A DNA stretch of 63,914 bases, the filler included, from Octopus bimaculoides (Eukaryota): the NCBI RefSeq assembly GCF_001194135.2. It is 5 parts of 4 records of this genome, joined end to end, with 100 filler letters (N's around TTAATTAATTAA, not from the genome) between each part and the next. Parts side by side here need not be neighbours in the genome. Positions count along the whole stretch, not along the records: positions 34,760 to 60,868 come from NC_068982.1; 4 more parts are not named here. One strand, 5' to 3'. This document shows positions 36,955 to 49,944 of this stretch, one piece after another. The position numbers were made by a program, and so were the translations under genes. Below the pieces are notes generated by a model that worked only from the letters and a program-made list of their open reading frames with translations, made no database searches and was not told where the DNA came from. Position 1 is the first letter of the stretch, and the number at the start of each line of letters is the position of its first letter.

Positions 36955-37440
36955 TATATATATTTAGTGTGTAAATATATGTGACAGTGCAAATGTGATT
37001 GTGTGTTAAAATCAATACTTGTGAAAAATAATTATTTCTAGTTTACATATATAATAAGAAAAGTAGTATACATCCTTGTTATGAATTAATATCTTCCAAA
37101 TCAGAATATGTTAAGATTACACGCGACCAGACACACAGAAACATACAAACACATATACACATATAATTGTGTATGTATGCATTTATAAATATATAGATAT
37201 GTATATATATATGCATATATATATGTATATGAATATAAAGATATATATATATATATATGAATATATATATAAATGAATATATATATGTATATACATGAAT
37301 ATCTATATCTATAACTATATATGTATATATATATGTATATATAGATATATATATGAGATATATATATATAGGGAGAGAGAAAGAGAGTGAGGGAGGGAGT
37401 GAGAGCGAGAGGGAGAGATAGCGATAAGTATAGATATATA

Positions 37441-37500
<60 letters not shown>

Positions 37501-38125
37501 TGTATATATGTATATGCATATATGTTATATGCATATGTTCTATCTGTGTGGCAATATAATCATATCGATATTTCTATGCCCATATTTTTAGATTTATTTC
37601 CAAACGGCTTTCGCAAGTTGAACATGTTTAAACAGATATTTTATTGTTTTATTATTATTATTATTTTATTTTGTTTTTGTCATCCGACACGTTGGGAGCA
37701 CACCCAGTCATGTTTATCCAAATTTATGTTTTCTGTCAATAGATACAAGGGACTATCCCTAATATATTCTATCATATTAGTAACCGAGCTCTGATTAGGC
37801 GGTAAAAATATATGATGAAACTGCTCGTTTCGATTCCCTTTTTTTTTTCTAACAATAGAGAAAGGAAAACATTGGGCGAGATCAAGAGTCAGATACAGAA
37901 GACAGAAGGAGAAAAAATTGGAAATACTTATGTTTTAATAGCATTCACACACATATAACACTCTATGTGTGTGTAAAACTATGCGTATGTATATATACGT
38001 ATATACATATATATATATTTATATATGTACACACACAAAATTTACATACATATATATATACATAAATGTATATACATACATAAAAAACATGTATACATAT
38101 ATATGTGTGTGTGCGTATGTGTGTA

Positions 38126-38160
<35 letters not shown>

Positions 38161-38756
38161 ATGAATATATGTATGTAACTTAATAGATACATATAGACGA
38201 GCAAATTCCATCACAGACAGTAAGAAAGCGATGATAGCAAACGGTGTTTCATCAGAGATAATTGTAGTTTAGAAATAATAATATATGTATATATATATAT
38301 ATATNNNNNNNNNNNNNNNNNNNNNNNNNNNNNNNNNNNNNNNNNNNNNNNNNNNNNNNNNNNNNNNNNNNNNNNNNNNNNNNNNNNNNNNNNNNNNNNN
38401 NNNNNNNNNNNNNNNNNNNNNNNNNNNNNNNNNNNNNNNNNNNNNNNNNNNNNNNNNNNNNNNNNNNNNNNNNNNNNNNNNNNNNNNNNNNNNNNNNNNN
38501 NNNNNNNNNNNNNNNNNNNNNNNNNNNNNNNNNNNNNNNNNNNNNNNNNNNNNNNNNNNNNNNNNNNNNNNNNNNNNNNNNNNNNNNNNNNNNNNNNNNN
38601 NNNNNNNNNNNNNNNNNNNNNNNNNNNNNNNNNNNNNNNNNNNNNNNNNNNNNNNNNNNNNNNNNNNNNNNNNNNNNNNNNNNNNNNNNNNNNNNNNNNN
38701 NNNNNNNNNNNNNNNNNNNNNNNNNNNNNNNNNNNNNNNNNNNNNNNNNNNNNNNN

Positions 38757-38795
<39 letters not shown>

Positions 38796-39505
38796 ATACA
38801 TATTTATATATATATATTGCAAATATATATACAGGTATATTGATATATACGTATGCATGTGTATATATATATTCACATATACAAACAAAGGCTCTAGTTT
38901 CATTGTTGCAAGTGGACACAGTGACAAGCATGCAATGTGTAAATTACACATATATACGGGGAATATATATATGTCTCAAATAATATGGAAATTATTTATG
39001 ATAAAATTAGAAAGTTAATTATAAAGGTACAACTGTATATTTGTGTAAACTGTGAACATATAGAACATATACATTGTATAAGTATATTTGTGTATGTGTG
39101 TTATTGTATGTGCAAAGTTCTGCATTTACACGTACGTACACGCACTCACGGACACAGAAACACATTCACAAGCTCACACATACATATATACATACATACA
39201 TTTGTACATACATACATACATACATACATACATACATACATACATACATACATACGTACATACATACATATTAGCTCATGCTATGTTAATAAGACGAAAA
39301 ATCAACTCCTTATATGTGATGTACGGTGCATAAAACATATATGTCTTCAGCTGTCTCTCATAAAAATGAAAGATATATATTTAAATTGGACTCTTTATTT
39401 CCTGTCACTTATGTAGCTTACATGCCGTCCGCTCATACAGAAAACCGCGACTGATATACATGCTCGCATACACATGTTTATTATACATACATGAACATAA
39501 GTTTA

Positions 39506-39555
<50 letters not shown>

Positions 39556-41076
39556 NNNNNNNNNNNNNNNNNNNNNNNNNNNNNNNNNNNNNNNNNNNNN
39601 NNNNNNNNNNNNNNNNNNNNNNNNNNNNNNNNNNNNNNNNNNNNNNNNNNNNNNNNNNNNNNNNNNNNNNNNNNNNNNNNNNNNNNNNNNNNNNNNNNNN
39701 NNNNNNNNNNNNNNNNNNNNNNNNNNNNNNNNNNNNNNNNNNNNNNNNNNNNNNNNNNNNNNNNNNNNNNNNNNNNNNNNNNNNNNNNNNNNNNNNNNNN
39801 NNNNNNNNNNNNNNNNNNNNNNNNNNNNNNNNNNNNNNNNNNNNNNNNNNNNNNNNNNNNNNNNNNNNNNNNNNNNNNNNNNNNNNNNNNNNNNNNNNNN
39901 NNNNNNNNNNNNNNNNNNNNNNNNNNNNNNNNNNNNNNNNNNNNNNNNNNNNNNNNNNNNNNNNNNNNNNNNNNNNNNNNNNNNNNNNNNNNNNNNNNNN
40001 NNNNNNNNNNNNNNNNNNNNNNNNNNNNNNNNNNNNNNNNNNNNNNNNNNNNNNNNNNNNNNNNNNNNNNNNNNNNNNNNNNNNNNNNNNNNNNNNNNNN
40101 NNNNNNNNNNNNNNNNNNNNNNNNNNNNNNNNNNNNNNNNNNNNNNNNNNNNNNNNNNNNNNNNNNNNNNNNNNNNNNNNNNNNNNNNNNNNNNNNNNNN
40201 NNNNNNNNNNNNNNNNNNNNNNNNNNNNNNNNNNNNNNNNNNNNNNNNNNNNNNNNNNNNNNNNNNNNNNNNNNNAAAATAATATTTAACTTTCTGTGAG
40301 ATTGTCATTGTATAATTTTTAGTAATAAATACTGGCAAGAAAGCATTCACTACACCCACCCACACACGTACGCACTGTCTACTACCTTACTGTCTCTCTT
40401 ATTTAATAAGTGTATTAATCCTTGTGTAATTAATTAGATGCTCCACAGACAATGAATTAGCTCGAATTATATTCTTCACTGAGTATATGCAAGAAACGAT
40501 AGTCTGTATATAGTTTTTGAATAATTACTTGACGTTTACAAATCCACCAGTCGTCCCAGTCAGCAATTATGAATGCGGGAATAATAGTCGAATAGGAGAA
40601 AAAAAAATTGTTTTCACTCAAGAGACACGCAGTAAAATGGGACGAGAAACGTTTCGAGAGAATAGCTAAACCTGTCTGCGGTAGTTCGCCACAAATCACA
40701 CCCAACTGTCCTATGGCGCGAAAGAAAATAAAAGACAAAAAATAAAAATAAAAACTACTTTCTGTATTGATGAATCAAAAACACCCTTTGTAAGGGAAAA
40801 CAAAAATATAATCGTGAAAGCTGGGATGCATACTGTCATGTTTTCTTTCGAACCTATCATATCAGACTTCGGATTAAACGACTAAAGCTGTCTAGAAACA
40901 CAATCCATATTTTCGTTTCTTCTCAGACAACATATATAACACATTTGTATTATACATACATACATACATACATACATAGGATCCTTGTATCTTTGTTAGA
41001 AGCGGGCTCCCTCTTCAGTGGAAGATTTATAATTAAAAATTAAAAGACACACACACACACGCATATTTATATATAC

Positions 41077-41161
<85 letters not shown>

Positions 41162-41927
41162 NNNNNNNNNNNNNNNNNNNNNNNNNNNNNNNNNNNNNNN
41201 NNNNNNNNNNNNNNNNNNNNNNNNNNNNNNNNNNNNNNNNNNNNNNNNNNNNNNNNNNNNNNNNNNNNNNNNNNNNNNNNNNNNNNNNNNNNNNNNNNNN
41301 NNNNNNNNNNNNNNNNNNNNNNNNNNNNNNNNNNNNNNNNNNNNNNNNNNNNNNNNNNNNNNNNNNNNNNNNNNNNNNNNNNNNNNNNNNNNNNNNNNNN
41401 NNNNNNNNNNNNNNNNNNNNNNNNNNNNNNNNNNNNNNNNNNNNNNNNNNNNNNNNNNNNNNNNNNNNNNNNNNNNNNNNNNNNNNNNNNNNNNNNNNNN
41501 NNNNNNNNNNNNNNNNNNNNNNNNNNNNNNNNNNNNNNNNNNNNNNNNNNNNNNNNNNNNNNNNNNNNNNNNNNNNNNNNNNNNNNNNNNNNNNNNNNNN
41601 NNNNNNNNNNNNNNNNNNNNNNNNNNNNNNNNNNNNNNNNNNNNNNNNNNNNNNNNNNNNNNNNNNNNNNNNNNNNNNNNNNNNNNNNNNNNNNNNNNNN
41701 NNNNNNNNNNNNNNNNNNNNNNNNNNNNNNNNNNNNNNNNNNNNNNNNNNNNNNNNNNNNNNNNNNNNNNNNNNNNNNNNNNNNNNNNNNNNNNNNNNNN
41801 NNNNNNNNNNNNNNNNNNNNNNNNNNNNNNNNNNNNNNNNNNNNNNNNNNNNNNNNNNNNNNNNNNNNNNNNNNNNNNNNNNNNNNNNNNNNNNNNNNNN
41901 NNNNNNNNNNNNNNNNNNNNNNNNNNN

Positions 41928-42019
<92 letters not shown>

Positions 42020-42145
42020 CATGTCATTTCATATACGTGTACATATAAGTATATATGTATATATTTTTCTATCTATCTATCTATCAATACACATAGATAC
42101 ACGGACATATATATACACATGTTACTATACACATATATTCATATA

Positions 42146-42181
<36 letters not shown>

Positions 42182-42640
42182 CGATATATAAGAGTGAGAC
42201 TCAGTGATCCAAGAGTAGGATGTCTGTAAGCTTCAAACAGACTGTAGCAGGTACAGAAAACAAAATGTGGACAGTGTACGGTAAGGAAAAATGACAATTT
42301 TTTGGCGCCCAATGTTACACAATTTTTTTCGATGTAGAAGTTATAAGGAAATTCGATATGCTGAAAGTTTCTGTATAGTTCACGGTTAGCAACTAGAGTT
42401 GCTATGAATGCGAATAAAAATCCAAATTGAGTTAGTGGAATGACTATAATTCAGGTTACATGTTTCTTTGCTAACTTATCCTCTGATGTAATAATTGCTT
42501 AACGAGGAGTGGTCAACTTAGCTGATCATCAAGCAGAAAATACCTTAATTACAAGAACGGTACATTGTCGCTTGGAATTCTCAAGTTTATCCATCATAGA
42601 TGTCAGTTGAAAATCAAGACAAATGTGTGTGTGTATGTGG

Positions 42641-42706
<66 letters not shown>

Positions 42707-42759
42707 ATATTGATATATAAATTTGAACGACTGCTTATTCCCAGCCAGCATTATTTCCG

Positions 42760-43830
42760 CAATCGCTGGGGATGCCTAGCACACCTTCTGCATCATCTTG
42801 ACGATATTCTAAAGGCTTTGGGTGAGGGTTCGAATGCAACGGTCATATGTCTTGACTTCAGCAAGGTCTTCTAAATAAAGTTGACCAAGGCATCCTATTA
42901 AAGAAACTATGGAATATAGGTGTCCAAGAGAAACTATAACACTGGATTGAATGTTTTCTGACGAAGAGATCCCAACACGTAGTGTTCGATGGTATTCGAT
43001 TAAGCTCAGCAAGTATCATCAGTAGGGTCTCTCAAGACACTGTTTTGGACCCACTTCATTTCATTATTTATATCAATGACATCTTTGACGTCATCAAACA
43101 CAACAGCATTAGAATCAAAGCAAGAATCAATTAGATTTAATCTACCTCGGAAAAGAAACTGTACTTAAGCTATCATAGACTCTTCTGGGCAAAACCTCGC
43201 TTACGTGGGTGTGTCTAACGAAACAGAAAAGGCGAGATGGCCTCCAGGCAAGCTCCTGGATCTTTAGGACTTTCCGGTATAGAGTTGTTCCAACCATTTT
43301 CGTGTTATTTTCCACCTTCGCCCGTCCTCACTTTGAATACTGTTGTCCGCTGTGGTCACTCGACACGAAAAATATTATAAAAATTGAAGCACCCCAGAGA
43401 TCAATCACAAAAAATAGACTACACGACAAGTCTTGGTAAAAGGAAACCCTTGGAGAAGCTCAAACTTTATTTCCTCTAACGCTGCATCGAGTGCTATCTC
43501 ATTTGTATGATGTGGAAAATATCCCAACAGCACTGTGCAAAAGATATCGGCAGCAACTTTAAAATTTAGCCAAGTCTTGATCCCTCGTGCCATCCGTCCT
43601 CAACAAAAATCATGCACACATCACTTCACAACCATAAACAGAACCATCTCTCCACACCTGTTCTCTTAACATCATGCCAAGACACGTAAGGGAAGCAAAA
43701 GATATCATAACATTGGAACGGTACCTGGATGAATATCTCCAAAAATTCCAGAAAACCACCTACACCCGTATATAAATGCGCAAGCAATAACTCTTTACTC
43801 AAATGGACTATGGTGTCAAATAATGAATGT
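42760..43830 (+). pseudogene. CR1/L2-type LINE RT fragment, internally deleted
   Basis: CLAHLLHHLDDILKAL..VICLDFSKV, SRVSQDTVLDPLHFIIYINDI, FARPHFEYCCPLWS..IEAPQRSITK. Confidence 0.85.
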
Positions 43831-44130
43831 AATGTGAAACATCATGAAATGTCTTTTCCTGGTGGTGTTATTAATTCAGTCCTGGCTTACTCTGTGTGCA
43901 AGCATGGGTGTAGCAGCCCAACAACGAAGCCACACCACCTTCACAATGATTAAGCTAGTATCTCTGAATCAGGTGTGGCTGAGCTATCAGATCAAATCTC
44001 AGGACTCTTGAGATTTGACAGGAACAACATTGCTTATATACACGTACACACATATGTATACATGTATGTGCACTGTGTACATGGTGTGCATGTGTGTGTA
44101 ACTATGTGTGTGTGTGTGTGTGCATGCGTG

Positions 44131-44175
<45 letters not shown>

Positions 44176-44420
44176 ATATATACACTAATTTATGTATATA
44201 GGTATAAACTTGTGCTTTATTTATCGATAACATTTCTATGAAAGGCAACCCAGAGCGTAAAGAGCCGGAACAGATTCTGTTGGTTTGCCATCCGACACTG
44301 AAACAGCTTTGATAAATTCACCGCCTATAATCAACTAACAAAGAAGTGTAATTAAGCATATGGTTATGCGTTTACATACCGCAAGACACACTCACACACT
44401 CATATATATATATGTGCGTG

Positions 44421-44493
<73 letters not shown>

Positions 44494-44498
44494 AAAAC

Positions 44499-45059
44499 CA
44501 GCCGAAGGCAAATCAGGTTAAGACAATCTCCCAACGTAGATTTAAATATTTAGACTCACGTGGACCGGTTTCTGCACCGGCAAAAATAGCCTTAGCTTCT
44601 TCAGCACGCGTTAACATGATAGAGACTTCCAACCTATCGATTTGAAATCTGCGCTGCAACTGATTCGTTTTGCGCCGAAATCATTGCAGCCACGAATGTA
44701 GAAATAATTTCAATACAGGGCAAACAATTCACGAGAAAAATAATTCAGAAAAAATTTATTTGCGAAGGTATTATTAATCTTGCTATTATCTAGTGTAAAA
44801 ATTTATAATGATATTAAAATCAATAATATAGGCCATTGCAGGCCCCAAAAGCATTAAATACCTGAAGGATTAAAATTAATCAAAAGACATATTAAGTATG
44901 TCTAGCTGGTGGAAATAACAGTCAAAACTCATTTCAATCGCCAAAATATACTGATGATAGCTAAAGAAATCAACCGAAGGCAGATCAAGTTACGACAATC
45001 TCCCAACGTACATTTAAGTATTTGGACTCACGTGGACCGGTTTTTGTACTGACAAAAAT
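44499..45059. repeat. Pair of 89-bp direct repeats (44499-44587 and 44971-45059)
   Basis: 11 mismatches in 89 nt by manual alignment; 472 bp period. Confidence 0.85.
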
Positions 45060-45499
45060 CAAATTATAATTTATATATGTATATAAACCATAATTTAAAG
45101 ATAAAATACTTAAAATGAATGAATTTAATCAGTGGCCAGCATATAAAAACCTTTTAGGTAAAATACAGAGATATCCAATTTTATTGGGTACAATTATACT
45201 TAAGGGCACAAATGCTATAATGTCTATATGCAGAGAGAACACGTCGAATACATCCTACCGTTTCAAATATTCATTCTATAAATAATTACACAAGTTGAAA
45301 GCGGGAACTCTCTTAACTCAAAACGTCTAGTCGCTTTTCTAGCAACCGGCTTCAAATCTCTCAAGAGGGACTTAAATTAAACTTTAAAAAAAATTATACA
45401 TACATACGTACATACATACGTGCACATTTGAAAACAATTTGTTTCTGACATATCCTCGAAGCCGTACAAGTATCAAAGTGAATAATAAAAAAAGAACCT

Positions 45500-46440
45500 A
45501 CATCTTTCTAGTAAAACTGTTTATCAGCAGTGGTCATCTTTTTACACTGCATAAACGGAGTCCATTTCCGAACAGATATGAATTTGATTTTTTCCCCTAA
45601 ATATGTTTCATTTCAATCCCGATGACCATCATAATTCCCACGAATTATGATGCTCTCCACTTCGCAATATCTACTGGCATTTTATTTTGTCTTTGTTTTT
45701 GAAGGCGGAGGAGTATTTTTCTTTACTTTTCCAATATCCTCAACGATTTGCTACTTCTGATTCTCCTCCACGTTTTCCAAGACTTCCTGGACGTTTAGTC
45801 TTCGGCTTATAGCAAGGAAAATTAGCTGATCTCTTTTGCTATCTTCCGAGGCTTAAACGTTTAAACAGCCATGTGACTCGTGGCGTTCTGGAAATAGAAG
45901 GTTCTGAGACTTGCTTTTGTTGTTGCTGCCTCTTACGGCGTCTACCTTCTTTCTTTGCATTTCAGATTATTTGAGCAGAAAGCACATAAATGGCTCATAC
46001 TTCCGCCAGTGTAACAGCTAAAATTTCTGCTCTGCTTGTTCTGTGGTCTTTATCAGTCATCAGGAACTGCATGTCCATGCATATTCGATCCAACATTTTA
46101 GTATTTCCAGTTAACTTCGTGTTCATTATTTTCTCGTATTTGTGCATGATTCCATGAATCATTAAGGATTTCCTTTTAGTTTTCTTCTAAAGGCAGTTGA
46201 AAACCGCTTCCTTCGTTTATGAAGCGATGATGTTATGTTCCTGCTTGCCCGTTGTTGACTAACGACGTACCGTAACCATGTTTGATTTTCCGCTCATTGA
46301 GATATATCTAAACTTCACTTTATTTAGAATCGCTTGCAAATCATATTGTTCGTCGTTTTTTTTTTATCCTGTCTAAAAAAGCTGTATCTCTGTCCCATTC
46401 TTCAATTGGATATGCTTCCATCGTTTTCAGTTTGTTTGCA
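45500..46440 (-). pseudogene. Decayed ORF with zinc-knuckle-like motif, probably a LINE ORF1/gag relic
   Basis: 46016-45975 (minus) reads C-Y-T-G-G-S-M-S-H-L-C-A-F-C: CX2CX4HX4C with the second Cys codon GGC instead of TGC; many stops. Confidence 0.4.
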
Positions 46441-46688
46441 CTCTATTCTGCCTTTATTGTTATACTTTTGGGAGTATTTCTACGCTTCTGTAGAATGAGA
46501 AGCCACTTTGAGAAGAACACAAATACATACGAAATAATATATATGACAAAAAACCGTTCTTAGTAAGGATCCAATTTTCTGGAGCTGTCAAAAGAAACGT
46601 CTTTACCTGCCTTTGAAACAAGAAAAGTACAACAATAATAGCAACAAAAAGAACAACAATAATAATATTGTGATTGGTTTTGTTGCTT

Positions 46689-46747
<59 letters not shown>

Positions 46748-47031
46748 TTCGAAGGAACCGCTCCGAATATTCTTTTATAACATAACTGCAGAGTGGAGTG
46801 CAAAATGCCAGCTATTCACGGTGTCGTTTGCATTGAAACTCAATTATTGCATGTCTAATTAAAAAAAACATTATTTAATGAAAACTAGAACAACTGTGAT
46901 GATGATTTTGATAAAAAAGAGGAAGGTAAGAGGAGAGAATCTGAAGAATTGTAGTGATGATGTTAATTGTATTGATGATGACGATGACGATGATGATGAT
47001 GATGATGAAGATGATGAAGTTGCACTACGCC

Positions 47032-47112
47032 ATATGCCCACGGGCATATAGCGTAGTGGTTAAGAGCGCGGGCTACTAACCCCAAGATTCCGAGTTCGAT
47101 TTCAGGCAGTGA

Positions 47113-47175
<63 letters not shown>

Positions 47176-47320
47176 TAACATCGAAAAAATACCTTAGGAA
47201 TGAGAACCCAGGTTCGAAATTTCCCCAAGACACCTGATGAAGGCTGGAGGGTATATCAGCCGAAACGTTGTGTTAACAACGAACAAGATGAGGACAAATA
47301 TCCGTCAAATGTAAATAATA
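47032..47320 (+). mobile_element. Composite non-autonomous retroelement: tRNA-like head + (AAT)n + hammerhead-bearing tail
   Basis: A box TAGCGTAGTGG 47049-47059, B box GAGTTCGATTT 47092-47102, (AAT)n ~47117-47173, hammerhead 47229-47274, tail ending gtaaataata. Confidence 0.6.
47229..47274 (+). ncRNA. Type I minimal hammerhead ribozyme (Penelope-type)
   Basis: Stem I GACAC/GTGTT; core CTGATGA 47234-47240 plus extra A; stem II GGCTGG/TCAGCC; GAAA 47262-47265; palindromic ACGT stem III; predicted cleavage after GUU at 47269. Confidence 0.7.
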
Positions 47321-48230
47321 TTACCTGATATGTTGGCACGGATGTTGTCTTGAGGTTTGGTGGCAATATGCCTTCACAAATCCCAAGGATCTTTCATAGG
47401 ATTCTTGCAGAATACAGGATAGCACTTTTCTACGGGTCAACCGAGTCTCAATTCCAGTATCATTCAGTTTCTCAGGTAGAAGTTTGGGTGTTGTGCCAAG
47501 TGCACCAATTACCACAGCAATAATATCATCTTAATCTTTCACAATCCCTTCATTTCACTGGCTAGGTGCTATTACCATATGATTTTGCAACACTGTTGGT
47601 TTGTTTTGTCCTCTGTAATCATAAATTGATTACTTGTTTCAACAATATGATCTGTCTATATGAGGAAATCTCACAAAATCTTGTTATTCTTATTCGTTAA
47701 CAGACTCGTGTTCATAACACTTTTCTGCTACTTTAAATCAGCACACACGGCTAGCTTCTCAATGCACTCTATTACCTATACAATCATCCATTCACTTATA
47801 TTCTCTGTGCTTGCTTACAGCATTCACTCAAGTAATGGTTAGTATTTTTGTGTCCTTTCCTACATATTCTGTATATTTGCTCTGAAAGTTTTATCAATCT
47901 TTGCTTTATCAAATTTGTCTTAATGGCTTGATCCTCAGCGGCTAAAATTTCTCATTTCAGGTTTCCCTCCAACGGCTGCAACCAGTTTTCTTTACTTACG
48001 TTTTTGGTTCCTTGCATAAGTATGCCGCACAATTCCTTCTCTTTCCAGTTACTTGTTCTGTTTTTCTACCTTCTGTTCTTGAAATCTCCGACTATGTCAG
48101 TAACATTTTGGACATTTGTAGCCACCGATAATATTCTTTCTTCACAATGCACAACATAAGAGCCTGTCGATATTACTTTCAGAGTGGAGCACGTTGTACA
48201 TTGTGAGCAGCTTCCTAGTGTTTTGTAAGA
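47321..48230 (-). pseudogene. R4/Dong-type LINE 3' fragment
   Basis: WKEKELCG, EILAAEDQAIKTNLIK, VIGALGTTPK, KSAILYSARIL*KIL; frameshifted. Confidence 0.75.
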
Positions 48231-48359
48231 TCTGTAGCTATGTCTTCGTTCATTTTAGAAAAGGAGCAGAGTATCTAAATATTCATAAGGACCGTGTATA
48301 AATCGCTTTGATTGCTTTGAACACCTACATAATTCTTCTCTTTTATTCTTGTCTATTCT

Positions 48360-48582
48360 TGTCTTGTTGTTGTTGTTGTTGTTGTGGTCGCTGTTGGTGT
48401 TTTTTTTTGTTGTTGTTGTTCTTTTCTTGTTCTTGTTCTTGTTCTTGTTCTTGTTCTTCTTCTTCTTCTTCTTCTTGTTCTTCTTCTTCTTCTTCTCCTT
48501 CTCCTTCTCCTCCTCCGCCTCCTCCTCATTATTATTATTATTATTATCATCATCATCATCATCATTATTATTATTATTATTA
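48360..48582. repeat. Compound microsatellite (GTT)/(TTCTTG)/(TTC)/(CCT)/(ATT)/(ATC)
   Basis: Direct reading. Confidence 0.95.
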
Positions 48583-49379
48583 AGTGAGAGAGCAGAGCAT
48601 GCCAAAATAGTGACACTGGGGTAAAATATGCGAAGCCCAATATACCCATCATGACTACCCGTCTGATAAGGGTACACCAGGCACATGCAGCACAACCATG
48701 TGTGCGCGACATGGTGATCTCATATCATAATAAACAGCGCATGACCTCGCAGGTGGGGCCTAGTTAGAATTTCCTTCAGATCGAGTAGCCCATCCCACTC
48801 AAAAGGTCCCTGAATAAGGTTTGTTTAAGGACGTTGAGCAAAACAGCCATGTTTCCAAAGGTAAATTATTCAAACCCCAAAGAATTCCTCTCAATACATG
48901 GCTATGATACTTCCCCACTACTTCTCCTGGTGATCAGAGATGCACATATCGTTAGGCACTAAGGGACATGCTCAACTGGTTAAGGTCAAACTGACAAATA
49001 AATCTGTAGTATTGAGCAGAATATTTGCTGTAGCCCATCTTTTATACCAAGACAAAACCATGTATATAACACTTCCAGTCAGTTAAGGATGTTGAGCAAA
49101 ACACCCATGTTTCCAAAGGTGAATTATTCAAATCTCAAAGAATTCCTCTTAACACATGGCTATGATGCTCCCCCACTACTTCTGCTCATGATCATAGATG
49201 CACATATCGTCAGCAACTGGTTAAGGTCAAACAACTGAAACGAAATCTGTGGTATTGAGCAGAATAATTGCTGTAGCCCATGTTTTATACCAAGACAAAA
49301 CAATGTACATGATAACACTTCCAATAAGTTAAGATCAGAAGCCATGAGAGCCACTGCCTGGTACTGCATTTGGGCATTT
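48583..49379 (+). mobile_element. Family A repeat with internal tandem duplication of its 3' half
   Basis: Copy runs to ..cacttccagtcagttaag (49087), restarts at internal gatgttgagcaaaacaccc, and ends gggcattt followed by (ATT)n/(GTT)n. Confidence 0.85.
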
Positions 49380-49412
49380 ATTATTATTATTATTATTATT
49401 ATCATTATTATT

Positions 49413-49454
<42 letters not shown>

Positions 49455-49528
49455 GGTATTATTGCTGTTGTTATTGTCATCATCAACAACAAAAACAACA
49501 ACAACAACGACAACAATAATAATAATAA

Positions 49529-49735
49529 TCCTTTCTACTATAGGCACAAGGCCTGAAATTTTAGGGAAGGGAACTAGTCAATAATATTGACCCCAGTGTT
49601 CCACTGGTACTTAAATTAGCGATCCTGAAAGGATGAAAGGCAAAGTCGACCTCGGCGGAACTTGAACTCAGAACATGACGACGGAGGAATGCCGCCGAGC
49701 ATCAATTGCCCGGCGTACTAACGATTCGTCAGATC
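49529..49735 (-). mobile_element. SINE family B, well preserved
   Basis: ctttctactataggcacaaggcctgaaatt..gaaaggatgaaaggcaaagtcgacctcggcggaacttgaactcagaac. Confidence 0.85.
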
Positions 49736-49944
49736 AATAATAAATATCGCACACAGTATAAACGCGCTACTTTTATATTTGTCTTTATACTGTCTCCATC
49801 TGTGTCTCCTGCAGAACTAGGTGTGCCCATTTAACAGCAGTTATTTTTGATCTTATTGTAATGTAATCATTTTAATGTTTTCTATCGGTTCGCTTTTAGT
49901 CATATAGTTGGAAACATCTGGCAAGAACTTAGTGACAACGTTAA

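Noticed and set aside
42208-42280. Short open frame ending at CG|GTAAGG (MSVSFKQTVAGTENKMWTVY)
   Set aside because: Good donor but weak acceptor and no homology; cannot be supported without RNA data
47042-47115. Possible tRNA gene with ACT anticodon
   Set aside because: Only 3 bp of anticodon stem, mismatched D stem, no paired acceptor stem; interpreted as a tRNA-derived retroelement head
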